This document shows, one piece after another, positions 57,259 to 64,000 of a DNA stretch of 64,000 nucleotides. The notes below the pieces were generated by a model that worked only from the letters and a program-made list of their open reading frames with translations, did not search any database and had not been told where the DNA came from. The stretch's first letter is position 1. Every line of letters begins with the position of its first letter. The stretch covers positions 3,317 to 67,316 of the forward strand of contig JBBRAU010000001.1 in the NCBI GenBank assembly GCA_038206475.1. Direction: 5' to 3'. Source of the stretch: Patescibacteria group bacterium (GTDB lineage Bacteria > Patescibacteriota > UBA1384 > JBBRAU01). A program made the position numbers and the translations under genes.

Positions 57259-58512
57259 TCAGGCTTGGCTTCTCTTGGTGATTCCCCCGTATGCTAGCAG
57301 GAATAAGGTGGCAAGCGCGAGCGCGCCGGTTATACCACTAATCAAACCGACCAGGCTGCCGTGGCTAAACATCACGGTCAAAATATAGACCAGAAAACCG
57401 AGTAACAGCCAAGGTATGACCATCGTCCGGCGCATGGCCAAGAAATACTGGGCCAAGAGAAATAGCATTTCATAGCAGAGCACCATCAGGCCGGTGAGCG
57501 GCAGCAGCGACGCCTGACTAACGTAGGCTTGGCCAAACAAGAGCTTGAGCAGAGGCTCTGGGTAGCGCCAGAAGATAGTGAGCACAATCAAGCCGCCGAC
57601 AAGTAGTAGGCAGGCGGTACCAAACAGCAGCGGCAGCGAACGGCCGCCGCGAATCCGCTCAGCTGTAATTAGTGGAAACATGACCGATATGACAGGACTC
57701 GAAAAATAGAACAGGTACTTAGCCACGGTTGAGACAGCGGCGTACTGGCCGGCCAATGCAGGCAGGTAGTGCTTAACAAACAGCACGTCTGCGCTTAGAT
57801 AGAAACTGGTCACAAATAATATAACCGCCACCGTAGCGTATTCCGTCCAAGGGATGTGTAGTTTCAGTGCCTTCGGCGTATCAGAGGGCTGAAAATGGAG
57901 CGGCAAGAAGGAGAAGATCAGCGCCAGCGCCATACCAACAATAACGGCGGCAATTGCGCCGAAGAGGGCGTAGCCGAGCGCAATCGAAACGATACCGGCC
58001 AACAGGCGGACAATGCCCTCTGAAGTGGTTGACCAAGCAAACAGCCAGAAACGTTGGCTGCCTTGCAAAGCGCCGCGGAAGACCGGCAACGCCAAGCCGA
58101 GGAGTACCGTTGGTGCCAGGGCCATAACTGGTAGGGCGGATGGCAAGTTTAAGTAACCGGCAAACCACGGAGCGGCCACAACGATCAGAGCGGTTAGGCC
58201 GAGGCCAATCGGCCACAGCTTCTGCAGCAGCCATAAGCTCAGTTCGCGGATACCGGCTAGACCATGTTCTTGCATGATTTCGCCGGCTCGCCGGTTAGCC
58301 ACCAGTTGAATGACCGAAGCGGGGATAGTAAAGAGGATGAGCAGATTGAGTAGCGCCACCAGCTCGCCGTATGGCTCGCTGCCCAGATGGTTGGCCATCA
58401 GGCGCTGAAAGAGATAGTTGGCGACTGCACCAATGAGAGTACCAAAAACGACGACCGCTCCAGAGGTAAGCAGCGTCCGCGGCAGGCCAAATAGTCGGCT
58501 ATCATCTGACAT
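57259..58512 (-). CDS. Polysaccharide biosynthesis/flippase-like polytopic membrane protein (Wzx/MurJ-like); start set at MSDDSRLFG
   Basis: ~12-14 TM helices. The track N-terminal 53 aa are not protein-like. Confidence 0.65.
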   Translation of the reverse strand: MSDDSRLFGLPRTLLTSGAVVVFGTLIGAVANYLFQRLMANHLGSEPYGELVALLNLLILFTIPASVIQLVANRRAGEIMQEHGLAGIRELSLWLLQKLWPIGLGLTALIVVAAPWFAGYLNLPSALPVMALAPTVLLGLALPVFRGALQGSQRFWLFAWSTTSEGIVRLLAGIVSIALGYALFGAIAAVIVGMALALIFSFLPLHFQPSDTPKALKLHIPWTEYATVAVILFVTSFYLSADVLFVKHYLPALAGQYAAVSTVAKYLFYFSSPVISVMFPLITAERIRGGRSLPLLFGTACLLLVGGLIVLTIFWRYPEPLLKLLFGQAYVSQASLLPLTGLMVLCYEMLFLLAQYFLAMRRTMVIPWLLLGFLVYILTVMFSHGSLVGLISGITGALALATLFLLAYGGITKRSQA

Positions 58513-58745
58513 CAGCCATAGCCTAGCATATGCATTATGCCGACGCGAAGCGGAGCAGCAGAAAGGGCTGGCCAGGCGTAAGTATCGCCCGTGCAACCAC
58601 GCCTGATTTGTGGTATTGTCAAGCCGCCGCATATACATGCGCGTGCGCGCGAATTCATTATCGCGCCACAAGCCACATCTAGAAAAGAGTGGCTTCAGCG
58701 AGAAAGCCCGAGCAACGCGTCTGGGTTTGTCTCGTCAACTTCTTT

Positions 58746-58838
58746 GGAGAGGTACCCAAGTGGCTGAAGGGGCGGGTTTGCTAAACCTGTAGGGTTCCGA
58801 AAGGAGCCGCGAGAGTTCGAATCTCTCCCTCTCCGCCA
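58746..58838 (+). tRNA. tRNA-Ser (GCU)
   Basis: Manual fold. Acceptor ggagagg/ccucucc, anticodon loop uuGCUaa, long variable arm, G73-CCA. Confidence 0.9.
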
Positions 58839-58948
58839 AAAAGTGAAACCAGCCTCAGGCTGGATTTGCTTTTTGATTGGCAAATATAAACGATCGATCG
58901 CACAACGCCATCTGTCACTTTGATGCCGTGATGAGTTAGACTAAAGAC

Positions 58949-59416
58949 GTGGTCGAACCAACCGAGCTAACCTGGGAAGCGCCGCCGTTCGTCATATACG
59001 AGCGCGGCAAGTACTGGCGCGCCGCCATGATCGGCGGTTTCGTACTGATGGGCGCCATTATTGGCTTAATGCGGCTCTATATTCCAGCCATCGTCATCGC
59101 TTTGGGCGGCTTAGCCTTAGTAGTCCAAGTGGCCGAAAAGGCGCACCCGATGCTCGTGACGTTAACGGAAACTGAAGCCCATTTTGGCCGACGCCGGCTG
59201 CCCTACCGCGAACTCAAGCGATTCTTTATTTTGAGCGTCGAAGAGCCAGTGCTTTTTTTGGAGCCGAAGCGCGTCGGTGGTCTGCCGCACTCCGTGGTTA
59301 TCAGCGAACATGATCCTCTTGAAATTGAGCACTTTCTCCGTCATTATTTGCCGGAGGCCAAGGAAAATATGGAAACTGGTTTTTTGCGCCTCAATCGCCT
59401 GATCGGTTTTTCTTAA
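58949..59416 (+). CDS. Hypothetical membrane protein (155 aa)
   Basis: Two TM helices, then a beta-rich domain. Confidence 0.45.
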   Translation: MVEPTELTWEAPPFVIYERGKYWRAAMIGGFVLMGAIIGLMRLYIPAIVIALGGLALVVQVAEKAHPMLVTLTETEAHFGRRRLPYRELKRFFILSVEEPVLFLEPKRVGGLPHSVVISEHDPLEIEHFLRHYLPEAKENMETGFLRLNRLIGFS

Positions 59417-59465
59417 AATTGGGTAGCTGGCAGAGCTTAAATTCAAAATCTAGTACAATTCCAGT

Positions 59466-59963
59466 ATGGAGAATGGCGGGAGAAATCCTAACACGCAATG
59501 CTACGTTTGCGCCAAGCCAATCTATAAGCGCCCCTGGGAATTGCAACGCTACAAGTCCGTTTATTGTTCGCTGGCCTGCTATCATTCGACGATCAGACCG
59601 ATATCAAAACGTTGCCCTATTTGCCAGCAGGATTTTAAGCCCTGGAGGCCGATTGCCAAAACCTGTTCTCGAAGTTGCGCTAACATATCTCGCCGTGGAG
59701 GCAAATATTCCAAAGAGTCCTGTGGCAATTACTCCCGCCACAATCTAGAAACACTGAAGTTGGCCTTTGACTTTCAGGAATGCATGATTGTCGGCTGCAG
59801 TTACAAGAAGACGTTCGACATTCATCGCTTGATCTCCGGCAAATCCGGCGGTAAATACGAAATTGGCAACATGTATGCCATCTGTCCCGATCATCACGCG
59901 GAAGTTTCACGTGGATCAATTGCGCTGGAGAAAATAGCTGACGATCAACTGCGAATTATGTAG
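59466..59963 (+). CDS. HNH endonuclease with N-terminal Cys-rich zinc ribbons
   Basis: HNH core CMIVGCSYKKTFDIHRLISGKSGGKYEIGNMYAICPDHHAEV. Several N-terminal CxxC pairs. Confidence 0.75.
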   Translation: MENGGRNPNTQCYVCAKPIYKRPWELQRYKSVYCSLACYHSTIRPISKRCPICQQDFKPWRPIAKTCSRSCANISRRGGKYSKESCGNYSRHNLETLKLAFDFQECMIVGCSYKKTFDIHRLISGKSGGKYEIGNMYAICPDHHAEVSRGSIALEKIADDQLRIM

Positions 59964-59966
59964 CCC

Positions 59967-60051
59967 GGAGGGTAGTGCGAGTGGCTCGCAACTGGTCTTG
60001 AAAACCAGACCGGCCGCAAGGCTGAAGGTTCGATTCCTTTACCCTCCGCCA
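59967..60051 (+). tRNA. tRNA-Ser (UGA)
   Basis: Manual fold. Acceptor ggagggu/acccucc, anticodon loop cuUGAaa, long variable arm, G73-CCA. Begins 4 nt after the HNH stop. Confidence 0.85.
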
Positions 60052-60069
60052 ACATGTCATAGAGACACA

Positions 60070-60096
60070 GCGGCGGGCGAATAAGCCCGTTTTTCG
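60070..60096 (+). terminator. Rho-independent terminator after tRNA-Ser
   Basis: cgggc gaataa gcccg followed by T5. Confidence 0.5.
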
Positions 60097-60109
60097 GTAC
60101 ACTACAGCT

Positions 60110-61735
60110 ATGACAGCGCCAGCCACTACCCAACTAGAGTCGCGGGCAACCAGTCTGCAAGCAGAGCAGGCTGAGGCCGCCGCCCGGGCCCGGGCCGAGC
60201 AACTCGGTTTGCCGTATGCCTTTTTGGTGGACTATCCCGCTTTGCCGGATATTCTCCACCTCGCTGATCCAGCTCTGGTCGACTCGGCCCATCTACTGCC
60301 GTACCTGCGAGCCGAAGGCGTCATACGGGTAGCCACTGACCTGCCGCTGTCGGCAGAGCAAAAGCAAGCGCTACTTGATTGGGCCACAAGCCGCAGCGTC
60401 AAACCACAACTCATTTTAGTCTCACCAGCTAGTTTTTTAAGTCTGAAGCGTCTGTACAGTCTGCCAAACAACCGAGCAGCCGCCATCAACCCTACCGGCG
60501 AGATTAATGCCTCCGCCTCACTTCGGGCCATCCATTCGCTGTCCGAGTATGCCGCCGCTTCAGCTTCAGCCTCAACAACCAGTCTGCTTGATGTACTGCT
60601 TGCGGGCGCCGAAACGTTGCGCGCCTCCGACATCCACTTTGAACCAACCGCCGGCGACGTCACTATCCGGCTCAGGATTGACGGTGTCCTTCACCCGGCC
60701 GCCCATTTAACGAAGCCGCAGTACCACTCACTGGTTTCGCGCATGAAACTGCTAGCCAAGATGAAAATTGACCTAACGCACGGGCCGCAAGACGGCCGGT
60801 TTAGTTTTTCGACGGCCGGACACGAGCTTGATCTGCGCCTAGCAACCTTGCCGACCATTTACGGCGAGGGGATTACCATTCGGTTGCTTGAGGCCGGCGG
60901 CTCAATGAAAAAACTGTCCGAGTTGGGTTTTCGGCCAGATTTGCTGACCAAAATGAAGCAGGCATTAACCGAGCCGTACGGCATGGTGCTGCTCACCGGG
61001 CCAACCGGCTCCGGCAAAACCAGCGCCCTGTATGCTATGCTCGCGGAGCTGTCATCGGATGAAAAAAAGATAATGACTCTGGAGGACCCGGTTGAGTACC
61101 GCTTGCCGGGCATTATCCAGAGCCAGGTTGAGCCGGCCAACAAGTTTACCTTTGCCTCTGGGCTACGCGGCGCCCTACGCCAAGACCCGGATATTTTAAT
61201 GGTCGGCGAAATTCGCGACTTGGATACGGCCGAAATTGCCGTCAATGCCTCACTAACTGGCCACCTGCTGCTGTCCACGCTGCACACCAACAGCGCGCCA
61301 GCCACCTTGGCCAGGCTGCTCAACTTAGGCGTGCCGCCGTACCTGTTGGCCGGGGCCATTAACCTGATCGTAGCTGAGCGCTTGGTGCGCAAATTATGTG
61401 ATACATGTGCTAAGCCGGCACCCATTAAGCCGGAAATTGCCGCCCTGCTCAAGCGTTACTTCCCGAAGCAGCCGACGCCAACAACGCTGCTGCAGGCAGT
61501 TGGCTGCCCAGTTTGTGCCCAAACCGGCTACCTTGGCCGCACCCCGATTGCCGAGGTACTCACGCCTAGCCCGGCCATTGAGCGTGAAGTGATGCACCAG
61601 GCGACTATTGCCGATTTTACTAAAATTGCCATCCAAGAGGGCCTGGTGCCGATGGAGCAGGACGGTTTTTGGCTGGTCTACCTAGGCGTGACCACGCCTG
61701 AGGAGATTTGGCGCGTTACGCGTGAAGATACTTGA
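60110..61735 (+). CDS. pilB: Type IV pilus/T2SS assembly ATPase PilB/GspE family
   Basis: Walker A GPTGSGKTS, Asp box, His box, tetracysteine CxxC..CxxC. TACACT -10-like hexamer 6 nt before the ATG. Confidence 0.9.
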   Translation: MTAPATTQLESRATSLQAEQAEAAARARAEQLGLPYAFLVDYPALPDILHLADPALVDSAHLLPYLRAEGVIRVATDLPLSAEQKQALLDWATSRSVKPQLILVSPASFLSLKRLYSLPNNRAAAINPTGEINASASLRAIHSLSEYAAASASASTTSLLDVLLAGAETLRASDIHFEPTAGDVTIRLRIDGVLHPAAHLTKPQYHSLVSRMKLLAKMKIDLTHGPQDGRFSFSTAGHELDLRLATLPTIYGEGITIRLLEAGGSMKKLSELGFRPDLLTKMKQALTEPYGMVLLTGPTGSGKTSALYAMLAELSSDEKKIMTLEDPVEYRLPGIIQSQVEPANKFTFASGLRGALRQDPDILMVGEIRDLDTAEIAVNASLTGHLLLSTLHTNSAPATLARLLNLGVPPYLLAGAINLIVAERLVRKLCDTCAKPAPIKPEIAALLKRYFPKQPTPTTLLQAVGCPVCAQTGYLGRTPIAEVLTPSPAIEREVMHQATIADFTKIAIQEGLVPMEQDGFWLVYLGVTTPEEIWRVTREDT

Positions 61736-61798
61736 CATTTCATATGTAACCTGACATAAATAGAGCATCACTGCGCATCTTCCTGAAAGGAGATCATT

Positions 61799-62539
61799 AT
61801 GCGCACCGCTCTTTTAATTTTTGTCCTCCTGGTTGTGCCCGGGTTCGCCCGGGCCAACGAGGTGCCGGATGTCGGCCCTTCCGGCGCCTCCGCGCCGGCC
61901 AGCCAGTCGGCCATAACAGCAACGGAGCCGGTGCAACCGGCTTCCTTGCCCGCATCACTCCGACCGGAGCTGGCCTTTATGGGCTGGCAGACGGCCACTA
62001 CGGCGTCTGGAGACGTCATTGAAGCGGATCTTTATCCGCTCCGAAAGGCGGAAATCCGCCTAGTGCTGTCCGGACGGGGGCACTCAGTATATGAGCTGAC
62101 CCCTATGCACAAGCCGACGCCCGAGTCGGCCTGGCGGGCGCTGGAACGGCGTTTCCCCACGCCGGCCAGCCGACCGAAGTATCTGGTCTTTGTCGAGAAA
62201 ATCGACAGTCGACCAGAGACAGTCCGGGCGGGTGGCGGACTATCGCTGTCCATCCCCGTCACCCGCAAGGGCCGGACAGACACCATTGATCTGTCTGGAG
62301 GCAGGTCGTCGTTCAAACGACGAATGGTGACCTGCCTCGTACAGGTGAGCAACGCCTCAGGCCAGACGGTTTATCAAAAAACCGTCACCGCCCTCTGGAG
62401 CGAAACGTTTGTATCGTTCCAGGCCAGTGGCCTCTCCCTGCAAGCATCATGGGAGCGGCATCGCACCAGGATGAGCGAACCTGAATTCGTTCGCAAGATG
62501 ACCTCGGAATTGTTTTCCGAGATGCCTCCCCTCCGCTAG
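61799..62539 (+). CDS. Secreted hypothetical protein (246 aa)
   Basis: SD AAAGGAG. Signal peptide MRTALLIFVLLVVPGFARA. Confidence 0.5.
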   Translation: MRTALLIFVLLVVPGFARANEVPDVGPSGASAPASQSAITATEPVQPASLPASLRPELAFMGWQTATTASGDVIEADLYPLRKAEIRLVLSGRGHSVYELTPMHKPTPESAWRALERRFPTPASRPKYLVFVEKIDSRPETVRAGGGLSLSIPVTRKGRTDTIDLSGGRSSFKRRMVTCLVQVSNASGQTVYQKTVTALWSETFVSFQASGLSLQASWERHRTRMSEPEFVRKMTSELFSEMPPLR

Positions 62540-62558
62540 CGCGGAAGGAGACAACATT

Positions 62559-62585
62559 TACTCCGGCTCAAGCCGGAGTTTTTAT
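62559..62585. terminator. Intrinsic terminator between convergent genes
   Basis: ctccggct caa gccggag followed by T5. Confidence 0.5.
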
Positions 62586-62591
62586 TACTCG

Positions 62592-63302
62592 TTAACAGCC
62601 ACGTTCTGGATCTAGGGAAAAATCACAATTGGCCGGTGTGTCGGATCCCGTTGTTTGTCCACCAGTGGAGGTGGCGGGCTGAGTATTAGTTTGCGATGCA
62701 TTACACCCCTCTGGATGAAGTTCAACGTCACAAGAAGTCCCGCTGCCGCTGCCTGTTGTTGTACCGGGGCAATTAGTAGTGCCTTCCGGACACGCACTGG
62801 TCCCGGTGTTGGTTGTAGTATCAGCTGTTGGCAGGGAGGGCGCACTGGTGGGGCTGGCGGATGACTTGGGGGGGGTTGCGTGAGGCGTGGGGCTGGCGCT
62901 CGGCTGGCTTGTCGCTGATCGGCTCGAGCCGTTACCGCAGACCTTTGTATCAACATCGCAAAATACCGGTGGTGCGGTTGAAGTCGAGCCGCTCTGCAAG
63001 AAGGTTGAGTTGGGGTTAAGCAAGTCGTTGATGACAAAATTCACCAGTACCCAAGCCAGGGCAATGATAATAATACCGATTATGGCGTTTAGGATTGTTT
63101 TTTTGGCGTTTTCGGCGCCATCACCGGTGCCCGCGGTTAAGTATTGGAAACCGGCATACAAGAAATAGACAAAGGCAACAATGCCGGCGACACCAAGGAA
63201 AATGTTGATAAAATGGTCAAGCAGTGAAAACAAATCACCCTGGTAAGGGTTGATTTGTTTTATATCACTGACCGACGCGGCCAAGGCTACGCCAGAGAAC
63301 AA
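62592..63302 (-). CDS. TrbC/VirB2-like pilin paralog with S/T/P-rich, Cys-containing C-terminal tail (TTG start)
   Basis: Core ...LGVAGIVAFVYFLYAGFQYLTAGTGDG...ILNAIIGIIIIALAWVLV is paralogous to the upstream gene. No N-terminal signal peptide. 100-aa S/T-rich tail. Confidence 0.5.
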   Translation of the reverse strand: MFSGVALAASVSDIKQINPYQGDLFSLLDHFINIFLGVAGIVAFVYFLYAGFQYLTAGTGDGAENAKKTILNAIIGIIIIALAWVLVNFVINDLLNPNSTFLQSGSTSTAPPVFCDVDTKVCGNGSSRSATSQPSASPTPHATPPKSSASPTSAPSLPTADTTTNTGTSACPEGTTNCPGTTTGSGSGTSCDVELHPEGCNASQTNTQPATSTGGQTTGSDTPANCDFSLDPERGC

Positions 63303-63338
63303 TTTTACCTTCTCTACTATTGTCTGGGGAGCGCCAGC

Positions 63339-63794
63339 TTATGAACTGAAATTACCGTTGTCTATTGTATCGTTAGTCTTTTCTAAACTGTTATTTGACG
63401 ATTTGGGCTGGAGAGAGTTACCAACCGTCCGCAAAACAAAACGCAGGAAGGCATAGGACAGCGCAATAATGATGATACCAATAATGGCGTTGGTGATACG
63501 TTTGCGTCCGGCTTCAGCCTTGGTGTCATCTGAGCCTGCTGTTAAGTACTCAAAACCGCCAAAGAGGAAGTAGATAAAGGCCACTAGGCCAGCCACCAAT
63601 AAGAACAGATTAACGGCCCGCAAGGCAATGCTGTTAAAATCTGAACCCGTAGCGCCGATTAATGGAATGCTTAAGTTACCAATATTGAAACTGCTGCCGT
63701 CTGTGACCGCCGCCTGGGCATGTGGAATAATCAGAAATACCGCCGCTAGGCCTGCCACCGCACCGATGGAAGCAAGAGTGCTTCGCTTTACCAT
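63339..63794 (-). CDS. TrbC/VirB2-like pilin (signal peptide plus two TM helices)
   Basis: SD AAGGAGG 4 nt before the ATG. Signal peptide ...PHAQA. Two hydrophobic helices separated by TAGSDDTKAEAGRKR. Confidence 0.55.
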   Translation of the reverse strand: MVKRSTLASIGAVAGLAAVFLIIPHAQAAVTDGSSFNIGNLSIPLIGATGSDFNSIALRAVNLFLLVAGLVAFIYFLFGGFEYLTAGSDDTKAEAGRKRITNAIIGIIIIALSYAFLRFVLRTVGNSLQPKSSNNSLEKTNDTIDNGNFSS

Positions 63795-64000
63795 GATTCC
63801 TCCTTCAGGAAGTGTTTACTATCTACTCTTAGTCTAAGGGGTTCCAGGCTAGTGTCAAGCTGCATTGCCTGCCTTAATAAACTGCCCGTCTGGCGAGAGC
63901 TCAATAAAATGTTGATAGCCGCTGCACTGGTTAGCGGGCTCGCCGTCCCCGGCGGTCCGTGGGTTGTGGGCAATATCCAGCGCCCAGTTGCCGGCGATAG

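Noticed and set aside
63788-64000. Open frames on both strands running off the window end.
   Set aside because: Too short and compositionally ambiguous to call. Cannot be distinguished from a 3' UTR plus shadow ORFs without downstream sequence.

Overview
This window is dense and mostly minus-strand coding, with standard code 11 (TGA/TAA/TAG all terminate long ORFs) and GC in the upper 50s. Gene content and organisation (dnaB next to dnaX, an rpsF-ssb-rpsR operon, TrbC/VirB2-like pilins plus a PilB ATPase, many small membrane proteins, a large glycan-assembly cluster) suggest a reduced-genome bacterium, possibly Patescibacteria/CPR (Saccharibacteria-like). That placement is inference only. Housekeeping genes recognised: dnaB (partial), dnaX, ychF, CDF transporter, xer recombinase, PAP2 phosphatase, uppP, dedA, M16 peptidase, ndk, MraY/WecA-like transferase, groES/groEL, efp, rpsR-ssb-rpsF, Fe/Mn-SOD, polysaccharide deacetylase, a heterodimeric ABC exporter, GT4+LmbE pair, gltX, yraN, rplS, rpmA, a class I methyltransferase, vapBC, dnaE, glyA, dut, vanW, ppa, and an ~9.4-kb glycan cluster (three Wzy_C paralogs, two Wzx flippases, GT4/GT2). 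There are three tRNAs (Gln-CUG, Ser-GCU, Ser-UGA) and one atypical class-I-shaped tRNA with a GAG anticodon. Most notable: dnaE carries a 375-aa intein at the conserved FQIE/SAGM site. Its inserted nuclease looks like a zinc ribbon plus PD-(D/E)xK domain rather than LAGLIDADG or HNH. The zinc ribbon is homologous to the N-terminus of a free-standing HNH endonuclease wedged between the two tRNA-Ser genes. Other points of interest: a small ORF fused to the odd tRNA(GAG); a two-small-ORF unit behind a perfect 24-bp palindrome; a membrane-protein gene split by one in-frame TAG; several apparently leaderless transcripts using a TATACT/TACACT -10 six to seven nt from the ATG; rplS and rpsF with long acidic tails; a dockerin-like secreted protein; two decayed genes (MBL hydrolase, PhnB/VOC); and a small-protein island next to xer.
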